Below are positions 18,370 to 27,105 of a DNA stretch of 27,105 bases, piece after piece. The stretch's first letter is position 1, and each line of letters starts with the position of its first letter. This stretch comes from a virus (lineage: Duplodnaviria > Caudoviricetes): positions 1 to 27,105 of IMG/VR virus record IMGVR_UViG_3300020294_000026; one strand, given 5' to 3'. Both the position numbers and the translations under genes were made by a program. The notes beneath the pieces were generated by a model. That model saw nothing but the letters and a program-made list of their open reading frames with translations, ran no database searches and had not been told where the DNA came from.

Positions 18370-19473
18370 TCACTTTTTAGCACTTCTGGAAAGTGTCTCA
18401 AGATAGGCTTGCATCGTAGGATTTACATCCTGTGATGCTACTTCATCAGTAGAAACCTCTTCAGATAAGTTTTCGGAGGTGCTTTTTGGAGCAGCAGTCT
18501 TACTTGGGAAATAAGATTCCTTAAGTGTTTCTAGCTTCTCACGATAGTCTGCGTCACTTTCAAACTCAACATTTTCAGCAAGAGTAGCAAGTTTTTCTTT
18601 CTGAGTGTCTGCAAGACCTTCAGCAACATCAGCCAAAATTACGTCTGATGTAGATTCTGCTAATCTTTGATTAAGAGCAACATTTCTCTCAATCTGTTCA
18701 TTGAGTTTATTTTCCATTTCATCAAGCTTATCTACCATACTATTAAGTACATCATATTTTTCTTCAGGGATAGTTACATAATGATCTTCAAATAGTGACC
18801 TCATACCTTCTAGGAAGGATTCAGTCATTTCTGTTTTGAGTCCTGCTTCGACTTGTAGTGCGTTCTCTTGCATCCACTCATCAGCAACATACTCTAAGTA
18901 TGCATCGACTCTTTCAGTAAGTCCAGTTTTGATAGTGTCTAGTTCTTCTACTAGAGCAGTAGCATAGGACTCCTGTAATTCTTCTCTAATTTCCGAAACC
19001 TTAGATTTGATTGCGGTTTCAAAAATTGTTCTTGCTTTGTCCTGAAACTCTTCAGAAAGTTCTTCACCAGCAATTAATGCGTTGATATCTTCATCAACGT
19101 TAATTTCTGCGATTAACTCTTCTTCTTCAGTCGCTTCTTCTTCAGCAACAACCTCAGTACCTTCTTCAGTAGTTGCTTCTTCTTCGGCAACAACTTCAGT
19201 ACCTTCTTCTTCAGTAGTCACTTCTTCTTCGGAAACAATTTCCTGACCATCTTCAATCTCATCAGATACTGCTTCAGCAGCAGCTGCCTTAGCATTAACA
19301 ACATCTTTAACTTGTGCTAAAGTTGCTGAAGGATCTTTGAGTTTTGCTGAATCGTCATCAGGACGATAGTTTTCTGGAGTAGGTCCACCAAGGTCTTCAA
19401 CTGGTATACCAGCAGGAGCTGGATCTGCGGCAGCCGCACCTTTGGTTACTACGTTTTCTTCGAGGTTTTCCAT
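18370..19473 (-). CDS. gp22: Prohead core scaffold protein
   Basis: Highly acidic. EDLGGPTPENY, LSEEF..KA.TIFE.A, VD.YL.YV..EW and LKESYF. Located between gp21 and gp23. Confidence 0.93.
   Translation of the reverse strand: MENLEENVVTKGAAAADPAPAGIPVEDLGGPTPENYRPDDDSAKLKDPSATLAQVKDVVNAKAAAAEAVSDEIEDGQEIVSEEEVTTEEEGTEVVAEEEATTEEGTEVVAEEEATEEEELIAEINVDEDINALIAGEELSEEFQDKARTIFETAIKSKVSEIREELQESYATALVEELDTIKTGLTERVDAYLEYVADEWMQENALQVEAGLKTEMTESFLEGMRSLFEDHYVTIPEEKYDVLNSMVDKLDEMENKLNEQIERNVALNQRLAESTSDVILADVAEGLADTQKEKLATLAENVEFESDADYREKLETLKESYFPSKTAAPKSTSENLSEEVSTDEVASQDVNPTMQAYLETLSRSAKK
19133..19238. repeat. In-frame tandem repeat inside gp22 (42 bp + 45 bp + partial unit)
   Basis: gcttcttcttcRgcaacaacYtcagtaccttcttc(ttc)agtagtY repeated, encoding TTEE(E)GTEVVAEEEA twice. 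Confidence 0.85.
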
Positions 19474-19528
19474 GTCGTGATAATTGTTTCCAACGGAGTG
19501 TTTACTAGATTCAGTAAGAATCTATACT

Positions 19529-19536
19529 TATTTATA
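19529..19536 (-). promoter_or_regulatory. T4-consensus late promoter for gp22-gp23
   Basis: Exact TATAAATA, followed by the hairpin TAGATTC-5nt-GAATCTA (19506-19524). Confidence 0.8.
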
Positions 19537-19548
19537 GAATTGTTAACC

Positions 19549-20211
19549 TTAGAGGTTATTTAGAAAATTATTAAATAGACCTAACTTGTGCTCTTCTAAA
19601 GCATTTTGACCAGATAAAGTATTAATAGCTTTCTTTGTTTTCTCTGCAAGTTGTTCACGGAGAAGTCCTCCTTCCCAAACCCACTCTTTTCCTTCCATTA
19701 TTCCATTTACAAATGCATCTGGAGCTGAAGGATCAGCAACGATATCAGCAGCAGTTGCTAACTGAAAATCTTCACCAACTACTTTACAACCATTATGGTC
19801 TTCTTTAAGTGATCCAACACCACGAGAAGAAACACCTAACATAACACCTTCACCAAGTAAAGACTGTGCTATTTTACCCATAGGTGTATCAAGAAGAGTT
19901 GCTTTTCCTCTAAAATTATTACCTTCTTGGCAAAGAGATGTAATCTTATGAGAAACTCTATCAAGATTTACTGTAGGACCTTCTGGATGACCCAACTCTC
20001 CTAAAGCACGACCTTTATTAATAAAGTTTTCATTATATCTACCAACCTCTTTACAAAGAGTTTGAATAGGATACATTCTACCGTTACGATTTTTAATTTC
20101 ACCTTGAAGGAAGCAACCTTCTATACAAAGACGGGACTTCTTCTTACCCTTCTTTGTATATGTTTCAGTGACAACTTGTACGTTAGTTACTTCTTCAGTG
20201 ATCAGTTTCAT
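19549..20211 (-). CDS. gp21: Prohead protease
   Basis: MKLITE, NRNGRMYP, GELGHP, VSH, GVSSRG.GS and D.V.DPSAPDA. Confidence 0.96.
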   Translation of the reverse strand: MKLITEEVTNVQVVTETYTKKGKKKSRLCIEGCFLQGEIKNRNGRMYPIQTLCKEVGRYNENFINKGRALGELGHPEGPTVNLDRVSHKITSLCQEGNNFRGKATLLDTPMGKIAQSLLGEGVMLGVSSRGVGSLKEDHNGCKVVGEDFQLATAADIVADPSAPDAFVNGIMEGKEWVWEGGLLREQLAEKTKKAINTLSGQNALEEHKLGLFNNFLNNL

Positions 20212-20387
20212 TCTTCTTCCTGTTCGGTTGGCTCTTCTGGATTAATATCATCAAATACTGTTGATGCTACATTTGGTTTGATTCCTTCAATACGCTCTGA
20301 TGATTTTGCAAACAAAGCATCTTTAATTTTATCAGACACCTCAGAAGCTGACGCATCTGTTGCGATCAAATCAATAATTTCTTCCAT
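20208..20387 (-). CDS. Small acidic protein (59 aa), putative prohead core protein at the gp67 position
   Basis: Not in the track. Hand translation MEEIIDLIATDASASEVSDKIKDALFAKSSERIEGIKPNVASTVFDDINPEEPTEQEEE. ATGA overlap with gp21, a late promoter upstream, and a position between gp20 and gp21. Confidence 0.75.
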   Translation of the reverse strand: MEEIIDLIATDASASEVSDKIKDALFAKSSERIEGIKPNVASTVFDDINPEEPTEQEEE

Positions 20388-20412
20388 TAAAATAACAATA
20401 TAGTATATTTTC

Positions 20413-20420
20413 TATTTATA
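20413..20420 (-). promoter_or_regulatory. T4-consensus late promoter
   Basis: Exact TATAAATA overlapping the portal stop codon. Confidence 0.8.
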
Positions 20421-22059
20421 ATTCAGCCGAATTGCCGTCTGCTTGTGTTATTTGACCTTGCCCGTCCATATTGGGGTCTGTAGGAACTTCTCCCATAGAC
20501 ATTCCATCACCTAAAGGTTCTCCAGTTGTTGGATCAACTTGAGATGGATCAGGTAAAATACCCTTTTCAATCTCATCATCAATCTGCATATCGATTTCTT
20601 CTATTTCAGAATCACTTTGACGCAATACTCTCTTACGTACATACTCTGTAGAATAGTACTTACCAATATAAGGTTCTATTTGAGTAAGTTGATTTAATCT
20701 ACCCTCCATCAATTCAGATTCTTTAAGTTCTGCAAATTGGTTATCATAAATGAAGTCATATTGAATATGATCTTCCATAGATTCCCAATCTTCTGGAGTA
20801 ACAATATTTTTAAGAATTAACTGTGTCTTAAGCATATCATTAAACATTGCAGCAAAACGCTTTCTTAAACGCCCTACAAACTTAGCAAATTTAAGTTCAT
20901 CTCTTAAGATCTCTGATGAACGACCTAAATTAAAACCACCTTCAGCAGCAATTCTTGATTCAGGAACACCTAATGCTCTATAAAGTTTCTTTTGAAAATA
21001 CTCAATGTCAGCAAGTTCGCCAAGATTCTGTCCACCAGGTAAAGTTGTAATTTCAGTTCCCCGACCACCTTCTCTTCTAGGCAACCAGAAATCTTCCATC
21101 ATACTCATAAATTTACGATCATCACGAACTTCACCAGTGTTCGCATCATAAACTAACTTATTTCTATAGCGAGACATTACCTCTTTTAGGTATTGTTCTG
21201 CTTTTACTTTTGGTAGATTACCTACATCAATATAGAATATTCTTCTTTCAGGTGCTCTTGATAGTCTGTATATAACAAGAGAATCCTCAATCATTCTAAG
21301 TTGATTCAGTGCTTTAATTGCTTTCTGTAGATAAGAAAGAACTCTATTCTTATTTCTATCTACTAAACCAGAAGTACAGTAAGTTACTGAATCTTTAGCA
21401 ATTTTTACAGTACCCTTAGTGGAATTCATAATCATTCCAGTTGGGTAATTTGGTTTACTTGTGTATACAAAATACTCATCAAATTGTGGATTAGGTACGT
21501 CTTCCTTAGAACCCCTTACTTGAATACTAGGATCACTACCTGGTTTCTTTTTCTCTTGTCGAATATATTTTATCTTTAATGGGTCAATATATCTAAGATC
21601 CTGAATACCTTCCTGTGGATTTTTTAAATCAATAACTTTTAAATAAAATAATCTACCATCTACATACCAATTTCTAAAAATTTCATGGCACTTCCTATCA
21701 AAGTCCATCAATTCTTTAATATAGGTAAATTCTTCTCTTATCCTAGCCTTAATAGGTTCTCCAACTTTTAAATTAGAAAGTTCTACTTCTACTGGAGAAT
21801 CATAAAGATCACTAACTATAGCTTCATTAACAACATCTTCAATAGCACCATCAACTTCTGGATGAAGTGCCATCTCACGATATCTTCTTATTAATTCATA
21901 CTCTGAACGATATGCACCTTCAATATCTACATATTGACCATAAAATCCGCTTGATATATAATTATCAACCCCATCCTCATTGTTCTTGGGAACAGGGCTA
22001 ATTATCGAAGCGGATTTCTTTTTACTATCCTCAATTGAAAAACCGAAAAGTTTTGCCAT
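20416..22059 (-). CDS. gp20: Portal vertex protein
   Basis: LFGF, YREMALHPEVD.AI, WYVDGR, NQLRMIEDSLVIYRLSRAPERRIFYIDVGNLP and EDFWLPRREGGRGTEI. Confidence 0.98.
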   Translation of the reverse strand: MAKLFGFSIEDSKKKSASIISPVPKNNEDGVDNYISSGFYGQYVDIEGAYRSEYELIRRYREMALHPEVDGAIEDVVNEAIVSDLYDSPVEVELSNLKVGEPIKARIREEFTYIKELMDFDRKCHEIFRNWYVDGRLFYLKVIDLKNPQEGIQDLRYIDPLKIKYIRQEKKKPGSDPSIQVRGSKEDVPNPQFDEYFVYTSKPNYPTGMIMNSTKGTVKIAKDSVTYCTSGLVDRNKNRVLSYLQKAIKALNQLRMIEDSLVIYRLSRAPERRIFYIDVGNLPKVKAEQYLKEVMSRYRNKLVYDANTGEVRDDRKFMSMMEDFWLPRREGGRGTEITTLPGGQNLGELADIEYFQKKLYRALGVPESRIAAEGGFNLGRSSEILRDELKFAKFVGRLRKRFAAMFNDMLKTQLILKNIVTPEDWESMEDHIQYDFIYDNQFAELKESELMEGRLNQLTQIEPYIGKYYSTEYVRKRVLRQSDSEIEEIDMQIDDEIEKGILPDPSQVDPTTGEPLGDGMSMGEVPTDPNMDGQGQITQADGNSAEL

Positions 22060-22081
22060 AGTATAATCTGTTTATCTTACT

Positions 22082-22098
22082 ATTATAGCACTATTTAG
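22082..22098 (-). promoter_or_regulatory. Fused late box + extended -10 promoter upstream of gp20
   Basis: CTAAATA-G-TGC-TATAAT. Confidence 0.6.
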
Positions 22099-22682
22099 TT
22101 AACGTCTTCGCCACCCGCATTTGTGCCAGATCCTTTAATTGCTTCCCAATACTGAACTTGTAGTTCAACAGTGAATTCTTGGATACCTGTAGAATCGTAA
22201 GATAATTCAACTTGACCAACCTGAGTTGGGAAAGTATCATAAAATCTGTAAGATCTTAGAGTAGATCCATCACGATCCAACTGATAAACATAAGCATCTG
22301 CTTGGTAATCTGCAGGATTTACTAAACCTGTATTATCAGACAATCTATTAATTGTATTAGACCATCTTTCAAATGCAGAACGAATAGCAAAGTCTGTATC
22401 GTTAATAACGGTAACAGTCCATGAATCGAATGTTCTATCTCCAGCAATTTTAAGAACCCTTCCTCTAAAAGGAACTTCTATTGGTGATACGTTAGAAGCA
22501 GGTAAATTAGCACCCTTTACTAAGAATCTTGCTTTTTCAAGAACCGCAGAGTCTGGTTGAGCAGCATCTGGGAAAGTGAGGACAACTTCAAACAGATTGG
22601 CACGAGCACCACCACCCGTCAACTTACTCTTGAAGTTTGATATAGTCCTTAGTGGTGGTGGATTGACTTGATTTCTAGCCAT
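22095..22682 (-). CDS. gp19: Tail tube protein
   Basis: GGARANLFEV, LPAS, FRGR.LKIAGDRTF..WTVTVIND and QLDR. Confidence 0.96.
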   Translation of the reverse strand: MARNQVNPPPLRTISNFKSKLTGGGARANLFEVVLTFPDAAQPDSAVLEKARFLVKGANLPASNVSPIEVPFRGRVLKIAGDRTFDSWTVTVINDTDFAIRSAFERWSNTINRLSDNTGLVNPADYQADAYVYQLDRDGSTLRSYRFYDTFPTQVGQVELSYDSTGIQEFTVELQVQYWEAIKGSGTNAGGEDVN

Positions 22683-22703
22683 GATTGTTTTTTAAACCTC
22701 TAA

Positions 22704-24950
22704 TTAAACGGAACCGATTACTTCTTCAAACGAAACACCAGTTCTTGTAGCAACAAAGGTAAGACCAATGAAGTTGATAGAACGTGCTGGTTTGATGAAT
22801 ATGTCAGCAACAAATTCGTTTGAATCGATTACTGCTGCTGTATTGTTTGTTTCGTCACAAACAACTACAAAGTCGAAGATACCTCTCTTCGCTTGAACAT
22901 CTCTTAGGAATGGTTCAACTATATTTACAAAGTTTGTCCTTGTAAGTTCATCGTTGAATTCAAAGAGTTGATCTTTAGCAGCCGCTGCGATAGCATCTTC
23001 GAGGTAGATGAATAATCTACGAACGTTAATGCGATCAAATGCTGATGCCTTACCAAATGCTGTCTTATCTCCAAATAAGATAATTCCAGCACCAGGAGAA
23101 TTAATTACAGGGTTAATTCTATTTGAATACAGAATGTCACGCTGTTTCTTACCTGGATTGTAAACTAACTTAACTGCGTTAAGAATAGCACCTCTAGATG
23201 TTCCTGCTGGTGAGAACCAAGGGAACTGTTCAAGACTTGTTCTAGCACAAGTTCCAGCAATATCACCATTTAATGGGACATATCTGAAGGTATTATTAAA
23301 GCGATCAAACATGTACTTGTAACCGCTATCAAGAACACCATATGTAGATGATGTCATTGTTGAATAGAACTTAATGATATTATCTGTAATAGTATCAATA
23401 TCATTAACAGTTATTGCAGTTCCATCACTAGTATCATTTAAAAACGCTTGTCTGTATGGAGAAACAAATGCTACACAATCTTGTCTAGATTCAGCAACAC
23501 CTATTACAGTTTGTCCAAGTTGATTTGCTTCACTTAATGAATAATTAGCAGATCCCATAAGAATGAAATCAACATCAGTCTCTTCGGCATTTTCAAATAG
23601 TTTATAACCAGACATTATATCGTCTAGTCCAGGAGTGAATGCTCCATCCTTTTCTTCTGCTTTTACTAAGCTACCACCAGATGTTGTATCTGCTGCTCCC
23701 TGATATAGAGTACCTTTTGATAAAGTGTAACTACTATTTCCAGTAACAGCGAAAGTAACACCATTAGCAGGTTGGTTCCAATCAGTATCTAAACCTGAAG
23801 TAGAGAAATTAGATACAGTATTAAATCCTACTGTAGTATCTGTTGCGTTCTCAGGTGCTGATCCAGCAAAAATGTATCTTGAATTAGTTTCAAGAAACTT
23901 TTTCCAGTAAGAACTACTTCCTACAGAGAATTCTGAGTCAGATGCTTTAGAAAGAGCTAAATGTTTTTCTAAGATAGTTCCAACATTGCCAGTAACCTTT
24001 CCTTCTTCGTCAATTACGACTACATGAAGTTCATCAAATCTAGAACCTCTTGATCCAGCGAAAGATGAAGTTCCTGGTCTATTTGCCATTTGACTCCAAT
24101 CTAAGTATCCGATTACATCGTCACCAGATTTTAATTCTACTTGTTGGGTATTAAACCAATCACTTTGACCAGTATATGCTCTACTTGCCCAAGGTGCTGA
24201 AGCTGAACTAGCAGTTCCACCAGCAGTATGAACACCTATAGTACCAGAAGCTGGGAAGGCATAAGTTCCTTTTTCTGCATAATCATGATCTTCTACTGTT
24301 CCATCAGCAGCAATATGATTAATAAATTTAACACCGATAGAACTGATTCCTACAATTTCACTAACAAGACCTGTAAAGTATCCATCTATAGGTGTTGCTG
24401 TTGAAAGTCCAGCAGCAGTTGTACCATATTTTGTACCACTAGCAGTAACTGTTACTGCCATACCAACGGCAATATCAGTAGTACTAATACCACTTAGGAT
24501 TTGATCGGTTTTAGCATCTATTAATGCTACTTTAAGACCATTTGCCCAAGTACCAGGACTACTAGCAGCGATTGTTACACCAGTGATATCATTCTCATCA
24601 TATCCTAGTTGTAAGTAATGCTCTCTTCCCTTTACTCTAACGCTGGAAGCAGAACCAACCATAGCATTTGTTAAATTCTGATCATCAGATCTAACAACAC
24701 TTAACGTTCCACCATAAGCAAGATATGATGAAGCAACTAACCAATGTTCATAGTGCTTATCAGTTGAATATGGCTTACCAAAAGTTTGTAGTAAATCTTC
24801 CTCACTTTCAATAAGTTGGGGATCATTAACTGGTCCTTTTTCAAATGGTGCTACAAGTGCTCCTGTCGATCCACTTGTCGGATCCACTCTACCAATTGTT
24901 AGATCGACCTCTCTTATTACAATGCCAGGAGATGCTAAATTTAGTGGCAT
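22704..24950 (-). CDS. gp18: Contractile tail sheath protein
   Basis: SPGI.IRE.DLT, PWFSPAG, LY..RINPV, GDKT, FDRINVRRLF and IKPARSINFI. Confidence 0.97.
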   Translation of the reverse strand: MPLNLASPGIVIREVDLTIGRVDPTSGSTGALVAPFEKGPVNDPQLIESEEDLLQTFGKPYSTDKHYEHWLVASSYLAYGGTLSVVRSDDQNLTNAMVGSASSVRVKGREHYLQLGYDENDITGVTIAASSPGTWANGLKVALIDAKTDQILSGISTTDIAVGMAVTVTASGTKYGTTAAGLSTATPIDGYFTGLVSEIVGISSIGVKFINHIAADGTVEDHDYAEKGTYAFPASGTIGVHTAGGTASSASAPWASRAYTGQSDWFNTQQVELKSGDDVIGYLDWSQMANRPGTSSFAGSRGSRFDELHVVVIDEEGKVTGNVGTILEKHLALSKASDSEFSVGSSSYWKKFLETNSRYIFAGSAPENATDTTVGFNTVSNFSTSGLDTDWNQPANGVTFAVTGNSSYTLSKGTLYQGAADTTSGGSLVKAEEKDGAFTPGLDDIMSGYKLFENAEETDVDFILMGSANYSLSEANQLGQTVIGVAESRQDCVAFVSPYRQAFLNDTSDGTAITVNDIDTITDNIIKFYSTMTSSTYGVLDSGYKYMFDRFNNTFRYVPLNGDIAGTCARTSLEQFPWFSPAGTSRGAILNAVKLVYNPGKKQRDILYSNRINPVINSPGAGIILFGDKTAFGKASAFDRINVRRLFIYLEDAIAAAAKDQLFEFNDELTRTNFVNIVEPFLRDVQAKRGIFDFVVVCDETNNTAAVIDSNEFVADIFIKPARSINFIGLTFVATRTGVSFEEVIGSV

Positions 24951-24985
24951 CTTTTCTGTCTCCGATTCTCAGATTATTCTTTTAT

Positions 24986-24992
24986 TATTTAT
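24986..24992 (-). promoter_or_regulatory. Late promoter (ATAAATA) for gp18-gp19
   Basis: Intergenic, 35 nt upstream of the gp18 ATG, with a GGAG RBS in between. Confidence 0.7.
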
Positions 24993-25031
24993 TAAAAGGG
25001 TCTTTTTCGTTGGGGAAGTCATGCATGAACA

Positions 25032-25250
25032 TCACCAATCTGGATATTCCCAACTATTTGATTTTTTTCTACTACTCTTAACACGATTAATAGTACATAC
25101 CTTACATTCATAAGAATATGCTGATTGATTTCTTCTATTCTTACGTATTAGATAAAAATCTGATATTAAATCTTTAACCTTACCACATATCCTACACTTT
25201 CTTTCTTGTAATAATAAATGTTCTAATTCTATCTGTTCGTCAAAATCCAT
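25032..25250 (-). CDS. Small CxxC...CxxC zinc-finger protein (72 aa)
   Basis: CRICG...FY...YSYECKVC. The ATG at 25250 overlaps the gp17 stop (TAATG). Confidence 0.7.
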   Translation of the reverse strand: MDFDEQIELEHLLLQERKCRICGKVKDLISDFYLIRKNRRNQSAYSYECKVCTINRVKSSRKKSNSWEYPDW

Positions 25251-26908
25251 TAACGGAAATCCCACATATAATTCATACCACCACCCTTATCACCATATTC
25301 ATCAACATGCCAAGTATCTCCATCCGCATCAACAAAACTAGTATCATCTAATCCATCTGACATAAATCCAAATGGAGCCATGTCCTGTTCTATCTGATTC
25401 TTCTGCTCTTCATAAAGTCTTTTCCGAACATCATTGTCCGTCATTTCTTTAAAATAATCTTGTGCTACTACCCAAGCAAATATAACAAGGCACATAGCAA
25501 GGTCATCATTACAACCTTCCTCTGCCTCAAATGAATTATGCTTTTGAGCAAAAGTAGTTAATTCTGATATAATATCATAATCACTAACTAATATTTTATC
25601 ATCTTCAAGCATAGTCTTTAAGTTAGAACAACCCAACTTCTTAACTGCTGCTGTTGTTCTTACACCTAACTGACATTTCTTACCAGAGAATCCTTGTCCA
25701 ACAATTTGACCGTTTCTTCCTCTCATGGATGCCATAAGAAGATTATCATACTCTAGATCATATTGAAGAATACTTGCAACCTGATCTCCAATATCATTTA
25801 CTTCTACTAATATGAATGATTCATTATATCCTTTTGCCACATCATGTATGATGTTTGGAAACAGCATAGGTTTAATTTCATTATTCCTATACTTTGCTAC
25901 AACTTTATATGGGAAGTTTGTAATATCAAAAACAATGAAAGCAGAATAATCATTACCCAATCCACGAGCAACGTCAACTGTTATCATATAATTATGTTCT
26001 TTAATTGGTGCTTCGTAAATATCAAGTCCAGCATTTCTTTGTAATGGATCCTCAAATACTAAATTTTTAAGTTTTGAAGCATTAATAAGAGTATTAACAG
26101 ATCCTAAGAATTCGCATTCAAACTCAATCTTAAACTGTTGTTCAGATGTGTTAGCAATAGTCTGCTCTTTCCAAGCCTCATCTCTACCAGGTACTTCACT
26201 CCAATGAACTTCAGTTGGAACATAATCACTCTTACCCTTTTCAGACTCACGCCACATACGATAAAAATGATTCATACCCCTTGGGGTAGAAACAATAATT
26301 ACTTTAGTACTTTGTCCAGACGTAATAGTAGGATAAACAGAGGCAAAGAAGTCGTCAGCAATGTGATTCGGGATGAAGGCGAACTCATCAAGAAAGATGA
26401 CATTATAGGATCCACCACGGACAGCAGATGAAGACGTAGAGTTTGCTGATATTTTTGATCCATTTTCTAATTCAAGTGATCCTTTGTTCCATGATATTAT
26501 ACCTTGCTGCATCCATCGAGGCAAATTCTCATATGCAAGTTGTAATCTGCCAAGTAAATCTCTAGCAGTGGACGCTTTGTTCGCCAGAATCGCAACATTG
26601 ACATTATCATTAAAAACAGCGTAATGTAAAAGATAAGATACACAAGTAGTTGATTTACCAGTCTGTCTAGGCATCTTACAGATGTTAAATCTAGACTCAT
26701 GGAAATTTTTAATTAACTTCTCCTGAAAATCATACATGTTAAAAGGAACTAGTCCTTCATCAAGAGAAACGATTTTTATATAATTTCTTGCAAAATAAAC
26801 TGGGTCTTCCTTACACTTAAGGAATTCTATAACTTCTTCTTCTTTAAATTCTATAGGCGTATTCGCCTTCTTCAGGTTGGGATTACCTAAGTATACTTCC
26901 TGTGACAT
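25250..26908 (-). CDS. gp17: Terminase large subunit
   Basis: YLGNPNLKKA, Walker A PRQTGKST, Walker B IFLDEFAF, VSTP.G, nuclease DVARG and DDLAM. Confidence 0.98.
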   Translation of the reverse strand: MSQEVYLGNPNLKKANTPIEFKEEEVIEFLKCKEDPVYFARNYIKIVSLDEGLVPFNMYDFQEKLIKNFHESRFNICKMPRQTGKSTTCVSYLLHYAVFNDNVNVAILANKASTARDLLGRLQLAYENLPRWMQQGIISWNKGSLELENGSKISANSTSSSAVRGGSYNVIFLDEFAFIPNHIADDFFASVYPTITSGQSTKVIIVSTPRGMNHFYRMWRESEKGKSDYVPTEVHWSEVPGRDEAWKEQTIANTSEQQFKIEFECEFLGSVNTLINASKLKNLVFEDPLQRNAGLDIYEAPIKEHNYMITVDVARGLGNDYSAFIVFDITNFPYKVVAKYRNNEIKPMLFPNIIHDVAKGYNESFILVEVNDIGDQVASILQYDLEYDNLLMASMRGRNGQIVGQGFSGKKCQLGVRTTAAVKKLGCSNLKTMLEDDKILVSDYDIISELTTFAQKHNSFEAEEGCNDDLAMCLVIFAWVVAQDYFKEMTDNDVRKRLYEEQKNQIEQDMAPFGFMSDGLDDTSFVDADGDTWHVDEYGDKGGGMNYMWDFR

Positions 26909-26925
26909 AACGAATTAAATACTTA

Positions 26926-27105
26926 CTAATCAGTAAATCCTGCTGCTGCTCCTTTTACTCCAGCATTAGCAGCAAATATGGCATATGTGCTTACTTTCTC
27001 TAAAAACTCAACTGAACCTGCTGGCATAGTAAACGAACCAACAACTGTTCCACTTGCTTCTTCTACAAGTGTTACTAAGTGAGCACTTGTGTCAGTATTA
27101 ACTAA
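26926..27105 (-). CDS. Small hypothetical (probably virion) protein, 5'-truncated by the window edge
   Basis: Not in the track. The open frame reads ...LVNTDTSAHLVTLVEEASGTVVGSFTMPAGSVEFLEKVSTYAIFAANAGVKGAAAGFTD*. Confidence 0.7.
   Translation of the reverse strand, partial: LVNTDTSAHLVTLVEEASGTVVGSFTMPAGSVEFLEKVSTYAIFAANAGVKGAAAGFTD

Noticed and set aside
20062-20403. 113-aa plus-strand ORF
   Set aside because: The region is explained by gp21 and the 59-aa minus-strand ORF with its own late promoter.

Overview
A core-genome segment of a T4-like cyanomyovirus (Kyanoviridae type). The pebS gene and AT-rich sequence suggest a Prochlorococcus phage. Every credible gene is on the minus strand. 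In transcription order (right to left): a partial small protein, gp17 terminase, a Zn-finger ORF, gp18, gp19, gp20, a gp67-position ORF, gp21, gp22, gp23, two tandem 2OG-Fe(II)-oxygenase-like genes, gp3, uvsY, a three-gene late cassette, uvsW, a hypothetical gene, gp55, gp47, a DUF3110-like gene, gp46, three small ORFs, an HExxH+vWA protein, two small late ORFs, a MoxR/CobS-like AAA+ ATPase, an oxygenase, pebS, a DUF3310-like gene, gp45, another oxygenase and a partial gp44. I translated seven ORFs missing from the supplied track by hand. Main observations: (1) an AAA+/metallopeptidase-vWA pair whose genes each carry the same palindrome+hairpin+(-10) cassette; (2) a late cassette encoding a protein with a T4 internal-protein capsid-targeting-like N-terminus (MKTFQEF); (3) a hairpin that overlaps a late promoter and buries the uvsW RBS and start codon; (4) back-to-back sigma70 promoters upstream of gp55 that predict an antisense RNA; (5) a fused late/extended -10 motif present three times; (6) four HxH-type oxygenases placed among core genes. 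Family assignments come from motif recognition, gene order and recall, with no database searches. I saw no tRNA, CRISPR array, intron or intein.
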